DNA of 64,000 nucleotides from a bacterium (GCA_018675685.1 JABGXP010000020.1:37680-101679); one strand, 5' to 3'. Shown: positions 49,371 through 59,632, counted from the stretch's first letter. Notes: generated by a model from the letters alone, not told the origin. Numbers and translations: made by a program.

Positions 49371-50498
49371 TTAGTTACGCACTTTCATTTTCCAAACTAA
49401 TTTTGTTGCTAATACAAAATTTAGACCTGTTGCGAAGATAATAGCGATAAAAGCTGAAAGAAGATAAAAAATTCCGAAAGATAAACAAAAGCGATAGATT
49501 GCATAGTTAAAGAGCATAACAAAACCAGAAATCAGATAATAATAGATCATCCTACGGATACTTTCCCTTCTTGACTCTGAACGCTTGTCGCTATATGTGA
49601 AAATTGAATTGATAGAGAAATTGGTCAATATTGAAATTAAAATTGCTATAATATAAGCGATTCCATCTTTGTCTTGATGAAAAATCTCAACAAGAAGGGT
49701 GAGAATCCCAAGATTGACAAAAACCCCACTAAGACCAACTAAACAAAATTTTAAAAACCTTCCTGCTTCGGGAAGTGTGCGAAAAATAAACCAAAGATGA
49801 TTAAAGAATTCCAAGCCTTGGGCAATAGTTGCCTTCGAGTCATCATTTTCGCGTGGTAAAAAAGTGTAAGTGATCTCATCAACCTTGCTATATTTAGCGC
49901 GCATTAGAATTTCAACAAGAATCTTGAAACCTTTAGGTTGTAATTTCACTCCTTCGATAATCTCTTTCTTGAAAAGGAAAAACCCTCCCAACGGATCACT
50001 GGTTTTTCTGGTTTGAATAAAGATAATCTGAGTAAAATATTTCACACCCAAAGAAACTGCTCTTCGGTAGACTCCATAGCAAGTCTTCAAACTCCCAAGA
50101 CCTATTGCACTGCCGCCTTTTGCATAGCGAGTTCCTGCAATGATATCTGAATCAGTTCCCAGCGCTTTTTCTAAAAGTTCGATAACCTTTTCTGGAGGAT
50201 GTTGCAAGTCAGCATCAATGCAACAAATATATTTGCCACTAGCTTCCTTGAAGCCAGCAATAAAAGCTGGAGCGAGACCTTTTCTTGGCCCATTAACTAG
50301 TTTAATACGAGAATCTTTCTTTATTTCATTCTTGATGATTTCAGGAGTGTCATCATTACTATCATCAGCAAAAATAATTTCATAATCATACCCTTTCGAC
50401 TGGAAAGAGGAAGTGATTTTCTCGACTAATATTTTCACATTACCTTTTTCATTGAAGGTTGGAAAGATTATCGAAAGAATTTTTTGTCTTGAAGTCAT
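49371..50498 (-). CDS. GT2 polyprenol-phosphate glycosyltransferase (DPM synthase-like) fused to GtrA-like domain
   Basis: PTFNE, DDSNDDT, IDADLQHPP, GFKILVE; C-terminal RFLKFCLVGLSGVFVN four-TM domain. Confidence 0.9.
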   Translation of the reverse strand: MTSRQKILSIIFPTFNEKGNVKILVEKITSSFQSKGYDYEIIFADDSNDDTPEIIKNEIKKDSRIKLVNGPRKGLAPAFIAGFKEASGKYICCIDADLQHPPEKVIELLEKALGTDSDIIAGTRYAKGGSAIGLGSLKTCYGVYRRAVSLGVKYFTQIIFIQTRKTSDPLGGFFLFKKEIIEGVKLQPKGFKILVEILMRAKYSKVDEITYTFLPRENDDSKATIAQGLEFFNHLWFIFRTLPEAGRFLKFCLVGLSGVFVNLGILTLLVEIFHQDKDGIAYIIAILISILTNFSINSIFTYSDKRSESRRESIRRMIYYYLISGFVMLFNYAIYRFCLSFGIFYLLSAFIAIIFATGLNFVLATKLVWKMKVRN

Positions 50499-50521
50499 TT
50501 ATTTCTATTTGTAATTTTTTA

Positions 50522-52390
50522 TCATTCCATATTCCTTATTTCTTTGTGTTCCACTCCCTTTTTGTTTCCAACAAAGTCTTTCCAGAAAAGTCTTGGAATT
50601 TTTTCAATTATAATCTCTGGCTCTTTTTTATTTTGAGCAGCTTTGATTGCTTTCATTTTTAAGTGCGCAGTGACTTTTTCTTGATCAATTTTCATTTCAA
50701 AAACCATCAGTTGACCAAATTGTTTTTCAGAAATTTTTGAAAGAAATGGTCGAATTTCTTTTTTGACTGATTTTGTACCACCTCTTTTAGTCACTACAAA
50801 GAAGAGAGTGTTATGACCCTCCAGTTCAGACACTCTATCTGCTAATTTTGATTTTAAAGTGGGGTCCTTTTTTTGAGCTAAGAGATATTTAACGGGAGTT
50901 TTGTATTCGGGCTTGGTGTTAAAGACCACTATTCCTTGATTCCTTTGCTTGTAAAGATGATTAGTGACTCTTTCTAATTGCCCAAGTGTTATCCCGTCTT
51001 GCCTTTTTAGAATAAAAGTTCGGTTTGTTTCGATACTTTTAGTTTGAGAGTCAGCTTGTTCTTTAAACCAAAGTTTAGTTTCACGAATATTTAGTACTAG
51101 GAAAGCAAGAGCAATTAGCCCTACGATAAACCAGTAATACTTGGTAAGTTTTTTATTTTTAAATTCAGCTAAAAAAGAGAACCAAAGCGCTAACATAATA
51201 AAGGGAACTGGGAAGATCGGAGCAAAATAACGAGGACGCAACTGATATGCATTTGGAATTGTGATGATGAAGAACAAACCAGACCATAAGATGAGAATAA
51301 GTAAGAAATTCCTTTTTGAAGATTTCTTTTCTTTTCGGATTTGCCAAAAGGCCAGAAGAAGACTTCCAAATAGCAAAATTGTTCCAAAAGTAACGGTTAT
51401 TGGATCTGCTTTGTTTCCTTGGCGATGACTTTTACCGATAGTAATCAGTGAATATCCTTTGGCTTGTTCTCTGAAATTTCGAACTAATTTCTCCGAAAAA
51501 GTTTTAGTTTTTGATTTCTTCCCAGTCTCAAAAACTTCTTCGTCGATATCAGACCTGTCTGCTACAACTGAGATAAACCTTTTTGTATTATTCCAGTCAG
51601 TTTTTGTTTCGCTTAAAATGACAGGGAGGTAAAGAAATCCAATGATTAAAATGGCCACCAGAGAATAATAAGCAGCACTCTTTGTTAGAAATAATTTCCT
51701 TAAAGAAGTAAATTTTTCTCTAGTAAAAATTGAAGCCTTGCCCTCTAAAATAGCAAAGAAAAGAAGAAAAGCGCCAGAGGTCGCCGTCAGTGAAAAAAGT
51801 CCAAAAAAATGATATTGAGAAGCGATTGCAAAGGCGAATGCCCAAAGAGAAATCCAACCCAACTTATGTTTGAATTTTTTAGCAGCAGTAAATCTTAAGA
51901 GTCCATAGAGCGCAAGCAGGATGAAAAATGGAAGGGAGTTTGGATTCCAAGAAAAACGCGAATGTTGAATAATGATAAAAGAACCAGCATAAAGAGTAGT
52001 CGAGATAAGGGAGAGGTTTCTAGAGAAATAAAGCCTTAAAAATAGAAATAAGAGGGGAATCGTTAAGATTGAAAAAAGCAGATCTGGGTAGGCAAAAACA
52101 TCCGGCGACGTGCTTTGGAAAATTACGCCCGAAAGGTATTGAGTGTAATAATAAGCTGGCCCAAGACGCAAATAATCACCATCGGCCTTTGCAGCTCTTG
52201 GCCCAAGCAAGGGAAGTTCCCCAGGACCATTTTCAATTGCTAAAGAGAGAATAGTCGCGTCACGAGCCTGATCCCATTTAAAAAAAAGCCATTCGTGATA
52301 ATTATATGTTCGCACCCATATTGCCAAAAAAACAATAAGAGAAAGTGCGATTAATGTAAAACGAGCTTTTTTTGTGAGTTTTATTTTCAT
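50522..52390 (-). CDS. GT-C fold (GT39/ArnT-like) membrane glycosyltransferase
   Basis: DQARD, LPLLGP, LGPAYYY, RFSWNPN, SQYH; paralog of 47474..49294. Confidence 0.82.
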   Translation of the reverse strand: MKIKLTKKARFTLIALSLIVFLAIWVRTYNYHEWLFFKWDQARDATILSLAIENGPGELPLLGPRAAKADGDYLRLGPAYYYTQYLSGVIFQSTSPDVFAYPDLLFSILTIPLLFLFLRLYFSRNLSLISTTLYAGSFIIIQHSRFSWNPNSLPFFILLALYGLLRFTAAKKFKHKLGWISLWAFAFAIASQYHFFGLFSLTATSGAFLLFFAILEGKASIFTREKFTSLRKLFLTKSAAYYSLVAILIIGFLYLPVILSETKTDWNNTKRFISVVADRSDIDEEVFETGKKSKTKTFSEKLVRNFREQAKGYSLITIGKSHRQGNKADPITVTFGTILLFGSLLLAFWQIRKEKKSSKRNFLLILILWSGLFFIITIPNAYQLRPRYFAPIFPVPFIMLALWFSFLAEFKNKKLTKYYWFIVGLIALAFLVLNIRETKLWFKEQADSQTKSIETNRTFILKRQDGITLGQLERVTNHLYKQRNQGIVVFNTKPEYKTPVKYLLAQKKDPTLKSKLADRVSELEGHNTLFFVVTKRGGTKSVKKEIRPFLSKISEKQFGQLMVFEMKIDQEKVTAHLKMKAIKAAQNKKEPEIIIEKIPRLFWKDFVGNKKGVEHKEIRNME

Positions 52391-52496
52391 GGGTTTTTTG
52401 TGATGTGATGTAAAAAAGAGACACTTTTCATCTTTAGTGTCATTTAAAATTCTTTGTCTGTATAACTATTATAGTCCATCACTTGCTTTTTTCAAG

Positions 52497-53945
52497 CTAC
52501 TTGTTTCTAATACTGTCTCTTAAGAGAAGAAAATCTTTCTTCGAAAGTTCTTTTGTGAAGAATAAGAACACGAAATAAACACCGAGGAGTAAAATAGACC
52601 AAAGAATGAATATGAATTTATGTTGAGAGAGGAAGCTGTCAGCAACCACATAAATAAGCCCACTACCGACAAGGTATTTTAGGACAGAAAAGGGTTTAAA
52701 GAAAGAGGCTAGTTTTCTTTGAACAAAAATAATCATAAGAAGCATGACAACAAAAGATGAAACAGAAGTAGCAATTGCTGCTCCGTTTATTCCATACTCT
52801 TGAATTAAATAATAATTAAGAATCGAATTCAATATCATGCCAAATAGAGCTATCCACATAGGAAACTTATTCTTTCCTGCACCGTTGAGTGCAAAAGCAA
52901 GAATGTAAAAAACAACCAGAAAACCTAGTCCAAATGCTAAAATCGAAAGAGGCGCCCCTGCTAAGATATATTGATTTCCAAAAAATAATTGAGATGCTGA
53001 GGTTGAGAAGAACGACAAAAGTGTGACAGCTGGAATAAGCAAGATGAATAAAAATCGCATTGCAAAAGAAAGGATATTTTTTGTTTTTACTAAGTCTTGT
53101 TTTGAAGTAGCCTCAGATATCTTTGGCAACAGAATTATTGTTAGGAAGTAGAAAGCATAAAAGGGTAGTCTACCAATTGTAAGAGCTGCATTATATAATC
53201 CAGTTAATTCGTCACTTCCCAATAAACCTTTCACCATGTATAAATCAATCGAAATCATTATTTCATAGAAAATCATAAAAAGTGTAATTGGCCAGGCAAA
53301 AGAAAGCATTTTCTGCCAAGATATAGGAGATTTTTTATGAGCCTTTTCTTTCCTGAAGGGATCAAGAAAATATGCAAACACAAACACAGACAGTGGTGCC
53401 AACGCATGACCAACAACAGCACCTTTTGTTGAAAATAAAAAACCAAGCGAAATAATGAAGACAATCTTTACAATCCCTCTATAAAACTTAATAAGAGACT
53501 GAGAATTAAATTTATGAATGCCATTAAAATAATAAACATAGAAACTTGCTAGCGCGAAAGCTGGAATTATTGGTGTTGAAATTTTAAAAAGTTGAACCAA
53601 AGAAGGGTCTCCTAAGAGTTTACCTGCAACAGGCGGTACGATAAAATAATACAAAACAGTTACTATCGAAATAAGAATTGTTTGGACGATTGCTCCTGTT
53701 TTTCGCACAGACAAAATTGTGCCAGCATCTTTCTTACGTACCTCACTGAGATATTTACTCATTGCTACTGGAACGCCCCTTCCAACCAAAACAACAATCA
53801 TTGTCGCAAAAGTGATAATGATTCCATAGCGACCATATTCAGCAGGTCCTAAAAAACGACCTAAAAGAGCATGGACAATATAGCCCGAGAGGTTGAAAAC
53901 TAATTCTGCGATTGTCAGCCAAAAAGAGGCTTTGATTAGGGACAT
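52497..53945 (-). CDS. Wzx/MOP-family oligosaccharide flippase
   Basis: GRFLGPAEYG, DLYMV..GLYNAA, LLPKIS, YGINGAAIAT; multi-TM. Confidence 0.9.
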   Translation of the reverse strand: MSLIKASFWLTIAELVFNLSGYIVHALLGRFLGPAEYGRYGIIITFATMIVVLVGRGVPVAMSKYLSEVRKKDAGTILSVRKTGAIVQTILISIVTVLYYFIVPPVAGKLLGDPSLVQLFKISTPIIPAFALASFYVYYFNGIHKFNSQSLIKFYRGIVKIVFIISLGFLFSTKGAVVGHALAPLSVFVFAYFLDPFRKEKAHKKSPISWQKMLSFAWPITLFMIFYEIMISIDLYMVKGLLGSDELTGLYNAALTIGRLPFYAFYFLTIILLPKISEATSKQDLVKTKNILSFAMRFLFILLIPAVTLLSFFSTSASQLFFGNQYILAGAPLSILAFGLGFLVVFYILAFALNGAGKNKFPMWIALFGMILNSILNYYLIQEYGINGAAIATSVSSFVVMLLMIIFVQRKLASFFKPFSVLKYLVGSGLIYVVADSFLSQHKFIFILWSILLLGVYFVFLFFTKELSKKDFLLLRDSIRNK

Positions 53946-53957
53946 CTTAGTAGTTAT

Positions 53958-54563
53958 TTATATTTTCGATATTTCTTTAATTTTCTTGAAAACTTCGCAG
54001 GCAGTTCCTTCTCCGTTTATAAGCTTAATTTCCCAATGCTTTATGAGGTAGTCAAAGATACATTGTTTATTGATAAGAAATTGCTTTCCTTGTTCAATAT
54101 CACGATCGCGAGAAACTGCGACTTCCGGTGAAACCTCAATGAAAAGTGCAATGTCTGGTTTTTTGATTAATTTTTCAGCAAGTCTTTGCCAGGCAGGAAT
54201 TTTTTCTCCATCATTGATTTTCTCTAAATAGCGAATGTTGACAATTTGATCATAAAAATACCTGTCAGTTAAGAGGTAATCATAACCACTAGATAGTTTC
54301 CTGAAGAGTTGATTGAACCTTGTTGCGTCAATAATAAGAGCTATCTTTCTTAGTGTGATTGTAAAACTATTGGCACTCACAACTGCTCTAGCTGGTTTTG
54401 ATGAATTTTCTTTTCTGCGACCAAGAATTTTTTTGGCAATTGAAAACTCTGTAATATGAAAGCGGGATACTTTTTTATTAGCATCCTTTAAGCTTCTCTC
54501 AAGTTTGTCTAGTTGAGTTGTTTTTCCACTCCCATCTAATCCAGAAATTGTAATAAGCTGCAT
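53958..54563 (-). CDS. Thymidylate kinase-like P-loop kinase
   Basis: ITISGLDGSGKTT, LTDRYFYD, KPDIALFIEVSPEVAVSR. Confidence 0.8.
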   Translation of the reverse strand: MQLITISGLDGSGKTTQLDKLERSLKDANKKVSRFHITEFSIAKKILGRRKENSSKPARAVVSANSFTITLRKIALIIDATRFNQLFRKLSSGYDYLLTDRYFYDQIVNIRYLEKINDGEKIPAWQRLAEKLIKKPDIALFIEVSPEVAVSRDRDIEQGKQFLINKQCIFDYLIKHWEIKLINGEGTACEVFKKIKEISKI

Positions 54564-54575
54564 ATCGAAAGAGTG

Positions 54576-56066
54576 TTAAGCCATTAATACTGCTACGGGC
54601 ATCATTTTTACCACAGGTTTCACTACCTTATTTGCTTCCATCCCAGCTATTGCAAGTGTTGGATCTTTGTAATGTGAAGCATCTTGATTTTCAATTCCTC
54701 TCGAAGCTCCGTTATAAAGACGTACCTTTCTTTTTTCCATTTTCTTCATTAATTCCTCTCGGTTTTCTGGAACTTTTGATGTTTTATCTTTTGATTTTCC
54801 AGTGCCATGAGCCGCGCTGAAAAATGTTTGTTCATTTTCATCTGTCCCCACTCCAAAATAAGCCTCTGTGCTCATTGATGAGGGCATGAAAATTGGCTCT
54901 CCTGTCTCTTCAAAAAGTTTGTGACCCTTCATTTTCTCTGGTCCGTATGCTCTAGTCGCATTACTTCTGTGAACTATCACATCTTCCCCAAAGTGTTTTT
55001 CTTTTGTTGCTGATACATGAGTCATGTCATAGACAAGTTTCAATGCATTTTTCTCCCCAAGAACTTTTTCAATCGCATTTTTCAGATTATACTGAAGTAA
55101 TGTTCTGTTTGCAAAACCATGATTCGCAGCTGCTCGATGTGCATTGAAGTAGTTTTTCCCAAGTTCTGAATTTGCTTTAATTTTGAAAAATTCCTTCGAA
55201 TCGCTATACTTTGGGATAGCTTCTTTAAGAGTTTTATGCCACTCGGTTTTATTGTCCAAGAAAGTGAGTCTAGAAAATTCAGAAATCAATTTTTGGCTGG
55301 AATGTTCTTTCTTCTTGGGTGTATAGAAATAACTAGCATATTGACCAAAAAGTCCTGATCCGGTATGCATTAAAAAAACATACTGATTTTTATGCAAACC
55401 AAATTTAGAAGCCAAATCCTCATCAACAACATCAGTAATTTTCATCAAGTCCAAGAAGTGATTTCCTGCAGCACCCAAGATCCCTGTTCTTAATTGTGCG
55501 ATATGAAAAAAAAGTTTTGGAATTGCTTTATATAAATCTTTATCTGTTACTCTTTCTTCTCCAAACATATTTCCGCCATGTAAAATTCTATCAACTTCGC
55601 CAGTGTCTTCTTTTAGATACTCTAAGAGAGCAATACTACCACGGCGTGAAATATCCATGATTACTTTATAGGGAAGATAGGTCCCCAAGTAAGTTTTAGT
55701 TGGGATTACATTAATTAATTCCTTGAAAAGTCGATCAATTTTTTCTTCTGTTAGGTCATTAGCATCAAAAGGTGTTGAAATTAAACGCATCCCACAATTC
55801 GGAGCAGTGTCTAATAGTTGTGGCATGAAATAATCCTTAGTAGCAACAACCGTGCCAGAAGGGTTCTTTCTTCCAGGTTTCTGACAAACGTCAGTCAACG
55901 CTGCTACGTGTTGAAATACCTCCTTGTTCTTGGCTACTTCAGCCAATTGATCTATCGTTGCTTGATCTGGCATTAATTCATCAGAAACTCCAAAAGACAC
56001 AGACCCTTTTCCTTCTTTCAAATCCAGAGTTTGTTTGAATTTCGATATTTTTTTAACTGTATTCAT
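54576..56066 (-). CDS. Divergent RtcB-family protein
   Basis: NCGMRL, GNHFLD, MHTGS, YDMTH, VHRSNATRA, PSSMST, AHGTG, HYKD. Confidence 0.88.
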   Translation of the reverse strand: MNTVKKISKFKQTLDLKEGKGSVSFGVSDELMPDQATIDQLAEVAKNKEVFQHVAALTDVCQKPGRKNPSGTVVATKDYFMPQLLDTAPNCGMRLISTPFDANDLTEEKIDRLFKELINVIPTKTYLGTYLPYKVIMDISRRGSIALLEYLKEDTGEVDRILHGGNMFGEERVTDKDLYKAIPKLFFHIAQLRTGILGAAGNHFLDLMKITDVVDEDLASKFGLHKNQYVFLMHTGSGLFGQYASYFYTPKKKEHSSQKLISEFSRLTFLDNKTEWHKTLKEAIPKYSDSKEFFKIKANSELGKNYFNAHRAAANHGFANRTLLQYNLKNAIEKVLGEKNALKLVYDMTHVSATKEKHFGEDVIVHRSNATRAYGPEKMKGHKLFEETGEPIFMPSSMSTEAYFGVGTDENEQTFFSAAHGTGKSKDKTSKVPENREELMKKMEKRKVRLYNGASRGIENQDASHYKDPTLAIAGMEANKVVKPVVKMMPVAVLMA

Positions 56067-56097
56067 TCGATTGTTTATTTTTCAAAATATATTAAAT

Positions 56098-57276
56098 TTA
56101 ATCTTCTTTATTCAGTAGCTTAGTGTACACTTTTTTGTATTGTTTAACAACATTTCTAATGTCAAATGTGCTATGTGCATAATCCCTAGCATTTTCAGCT
56201 AATCTATTCCGTTTTTTTTCATTTGTTATTAATTCTAGAACCGCATCTCTTAGTTGATTCGGCGCTCCCTTCGAAACAACAAGACCTGTTTCATCATTTT
56301 TTACAAATTCTTTTAAGACATCAATATCAGAAACGATGGTTGCCTTCTTGCAAGCCATCGCTTCAACAATTGCAAGTGGAATATCAAATTTTCCAGCCAT
56401 CTCTTGAACAGGAAAGATGTTGATATCGGAGACATTGAAAAGCCTAGGCATGTTCTCAACTGTTTCTAGAAAAATTATCTTATCAAAATATCCACCTTCC
56501 TTGGCCTCCTTTTTTATAATTCTTTGCTTCTTTGCATCTTCGGGGCATTTTATTCTACAGGCCAAGATAAGCTTCAATTTTTTGGCCTCTTTCTTGTGCT
56601 TTTCAAAAATTTGTTCAAAAGCGGAAATGATATCATCAACTGCCTTTAGTCTGGTATATTCTCCGGCAAATAAAACAATAAATTCATCCTTGCTAATCCC
56701 TAGGCTTTTCATCATCTCATCGTTTTTTTCCTGAGGGAAGAATCTTTCAAGATTAATCCCTGGATAGATAACCTCAATATTATTAACACCAGCATTCTTA
56801 AGCTTACTCTCAGTTATATATGACTGAGCAATGATTTGATCAGCGAAAAGAACCTTTTTTAATTTTTTCGGATCTTCGATGATAGCATCATCTATAGTCG
56901 CCAATGTTTGAAGCGTTTTTGCTTTCGAAAAAAATAATTTAGCGCGAAACAAGAAAGAAGTTAATGGTCTAGGAGTGAAAAGAAAATGCACAATGTCACT
57001 TCCAATTCTAATCCTAAAAAGCCTCTTGATAAGTGATAGCTTTGCTCTGGTGTCAAAAGTAGCTGATTTAAAAATAGGCTCAGCAGTCAACGCCTCCTTT
57101 TGTGCCAAATAACACTTTTGAATTGAGGAAGAATAGTCTTTCGTTGTCAATAGGTGAAAATTAAAAGTTCCATCTGAATTCAAAGCTATATCATACGCAA
57201 GATTTTTAGATGCTTCATCCCAAGGTGGAGCCAGTGGGCGAGTGTATAGCAGAATATGTTTTTTATTATTTTTCAT
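56098..57276 (-). CDS. GT4 glycosyltransferase
   Basis: PPWDEA, IYPGINL, LFAGE, VEAMACKK, ETGLVV. Confidence 0.9.
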   Translation of the reverse strand: MKNNKKHILLYTRPLAPPWDEASKNLAYDIALNSDGTFNFHLLTTKDYSSSIQKCYLAQKEALTAEPIFKSATFDTRAKLSLIKRLFRIRIGSDIVHFLFTPRPLTSFLFRAKLFFSKAKTLQTLATIDDAIIEDPKKLKKVLFADQIIAQSYITESKLKNAGVNNIEVIYPGINLERFFPQEKNDEMMKSLGISKDEFIVLFAGEYTRLKAVDDIISAFEQIFEKHKKEAKKLKLILACRIKCPEDAKKQRIIKKEAKEGGYFDKIIFLETVENMPRLFNVSDINIFPVQEMAGKFDIPLAIVEAMACKKATIVSDIDVLKEFVKNDETGLVVSKGAPNQLRDAVLELITNEKKRNRLAENARDYAHSTFDIRNVVKQYKKVYTKLLNKED

Positions 57277-57691
57277 TGGATAATTCGAATTGTTTTTTTA
57301 AAGCACCTTTTTTATCTTTTTCTTCTCCCCATTGGAAGGAAACAGTGTATTTATTTGAAGCATTTTGAGAAGCTTCCTCGATAATTTTTTCACTTGGTTC
57401 AATGATGAAGTTGCTTCTTGCTGCAACTAAGATTTCCTGAAAATCAATTTGCCTATCATTCACAGAAATAGAGACTAGATATTCAATATTTTCTTCCTCT
57501 GAATTTTCAATATTGATCTTAAGGGCCGAAAGATCGCCCTTTTTAATAGACTCCTTTGAATTTAGAAAGCTAAAAACAGAATAACCAACCACAGCTCTTT
57601 TGTTGATCGCTGTTTCTCCGTGCCACAATAAGAATGTGAGTGGAACGAATAAAATAAAAAACATGTATAGTAAAAGAGTTTTATTTTGCAT
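57266..57691 (-). CDS. Membrane-anchored protein, DUF1616 C-terminal-like
   Basis: One N-terminal TM then beta-rich domain with INIENSEEENIEYLV; overlaps both neighbours. Confidence 0.55.
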   Translation of the reverse strand: MQNKTLLLYMFFILFVPLTFLLWHGETAINKRAVVGYSVFSFLNSKESIKKGDLSALKINIENSEEENIEYLVSISVNDRQIDFQEILVAARSNFIIEPSEKIIEEASQNASNKYTVSFQWGEEKDKKGALKKQFELSNEK

Positions 57692-59624
57692 TGTTTTTTT
57701 GATAAATTACAACATTGGGAGAGGTGTATATCTTTGAAAAATTTTCAGATCTTTCAAATTGTGCAGTCTCAAAACCATCCTTCAAGACTATGTACTTAAC
57801 ACCAGTCTCTTTGAAACATTCCTTTCCAATCTCAGAGTGTGGAATTGCAATCATGTCACGTGTGCAAGTTTCCCTTTTCTTTGTTGGGTCTGCGTATCTA
57901 CGCAAGAATGATCGAGAAAGTGGATACTTGTAATCTCTCATAAAAAATAATTTCATCCAAGTATCTCCTTTCAGATAGATATGATCTTTTAATACATTTT
58001 CTTCTTCTTTTGCGATGGAATTGAGGTACCGAGAGGCCCTATATGTTTGCATGACTTCTCTCTCTTCCGCTGGGTCATTTTTGCGCACAGAATCAGAAAT
58101 ATCAGCAAAACCCGAAATCATCCCAGTTCCGATAACAACAAAGAAAAGTATCTGCGCAATCATCGGAGGTGCTTTTTTGAATAATCTTTGAAATACAAAT
58201 GCTATAAAAAAGGCGCTAAAAATTGCTAACGGAAAGGTGATATAACTAACAATTCTACTAGAAATTATATCAACTTTTAAAAGCGCTGGTTTTGTACTCA
58301 TTAAAAATATAGTAAGAAACCAAGAGAATGTTAATGAGATTGAAGCAATTTGTAATATCGTTGTCCTAGAATTCTTCTTTAAGAGCTTCTTACTAGCAAC
58401 AATACTTAAAACTAGGGCTCCAAGAATTGCATAAAAAAGCTTCCAGGCTCCAACACTGAGAGTGATTGCTCCGAAGGGAAGTCCTACACGAGTTGATTTA
58501 CTAGGTGCACCGACTGCTGTGTTCACGGCAGTTTTGTTTAGATATGAAGGTGTGTGAACAAATAATATAAAACAAACAATAATAAGTAATGTGACTAAAT
58601 TCCACTTAGAGAAGAAAACCTTGAAATAGGGGAACACGTTCTTCCAGAGAATAGATAGATTGAATCGATAAACTGAAACTGCAAAAACAAAAAAGATTAC
58701 TAGGAAGCCAAGAAATACATAAAGAAAAATAAAGGTTGAAAGGTGATGAGTGAAGCCTAGTCCTGCTAAACAGAGATAGAAGAGTGTCGCCATGCGAGAA
58801 TCTTTTTTCCTGATAGCCAAAATAAACAGATAGATAGTAATTGGAATGAAAAGATTTCCAATAGTATTCCCAATAACACCACCAGCAATAAATTTTGCTT
58901 GAGGTGAGGATGTTGCATAAAATGTTCCTGCGATGAGCAAGGTGAATAATGCAGAATTTCGCGCAATTTTTTTAGTTGCAAAACCTGCAACTAGAGAATA
59001 AGCACAAACCGAGATAGCAAGTAGAGAAAAAACATTAATTAAAAACAGAACCGAAACAGACATCGAGCTTATATATGAAAAGCCACTTAACATCTGGACA
59101 ACAGCGAAGATAATATGCTCTCCAATAATAAAATCTGGCATCCCATAGCTTGGCAATTGTCCTGTTTCGGAAATTGTTTTAGACCAATAAATATGATGAC
59201 CTAAGTCAGTCGTTTGTGGCACAATCCCATCTGCGAGATAAAATGTTCTTATAATACAACTCAAAGCCAATATACCAAGAAATAAAAAAAGTTGTTTTTT
59301 AGAAAAGCCCCCAAAGCCAGAAGTACTAACTTTGGAAATCTCTCCCAACTTTTGATTTTTTCTAGACAAAAACCAAAAAATAGCAGAGAAAAGAATAAAT
59401 ACAATTAAGAGCGAGGATACAGTCAGCTTGATCGACAAAAAATTCATCGCAATAACTAGAAAATTTGTAATAAGAAGACTGAAACCAAACGAAAGCAAAA
59501 CCCATTCTACAATCGAAAAGTATCTCTTTTGCTCTTTAAAAAGAGTTTTAATGAAAAAATGCCCTGGGATAAACAGGGTTAGAGCAATCGCTATGTAGAA
59601 TTTAAACAAAAGAAGAATTATCAT
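57681..59624 (-). CDS. Polytopic membrane protein, probable GT-C fold glycosyltransferase
   Basis: LFIPG..EWVLLSFGFS N-terminus, TTDLGHH first-loop motif, THHLST, C-terminal GVKYIV..KIY..VVIY domain. Confidence 0.7.
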   Translation of the reverse strand: MIILLLFKFYIAIALTLFIPGHFFIKTLFKEQKRYFSIVEWVLLSFGFSLLITNFLVIAMNFLSIKLTVSSLLIVFILFSAIFWFLSRKNQKLGEISKVSTSGFGGFSKKQLFLFLGILALSCIIRTFYLADGIVPQTTDLGHHIYWSKTISETGQLPSYGMPDFIIGEHIIFAVVQMLSGFSYISSMSVSVLFLINVFSLLAISVCAYSLVAGFATKKIARNSALFTLLIAGTFYATSSPQAKFIAGGVIGNTIGNLFIPITIYLFILAIRKKDSRMATLFYLCLAGLGFTHHLSTFIFLYVFLGFLVIFFVFAVSVYRFNLSILWKNVFPYFKVFFSKWNLVTLLIIVCFILFVHTPSYLNKTAVNTAVGAPSKSTRVGLPFGAITLSVGAWKLFYAILGALVLSIVASKKLLKKNSRTTILQIASISLTFSWFLTIFLMSTKPALLKVDIISSRIVSYITFPLAIFSAFFIAFVFQRLFKKAPPMIAQILFFVVIGTGMISGFADISDSVRKNDPAEEREVMQTYRASRYLNSIAKEEENVLKDHIYLKGDTWMKLFFMRDYKYPLSRSFLRRYADPTKKRETCTRDMIAIPHSEIGKECFKETGVKYIVLKDGFETAQFERSENFSKIYTSPNVVIYQKNNAK

Positions 59625-59632
59625 AATTGATT

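Noticed and set aside
54576-56066. RtcB as a repair partner for Elp3/Trm9-modified tRNAs cut by anticodon nucleases
   Set aside because: About 35 kb apart with no linkage, and the RtcB motif changes and operon context point away from RNA repair.
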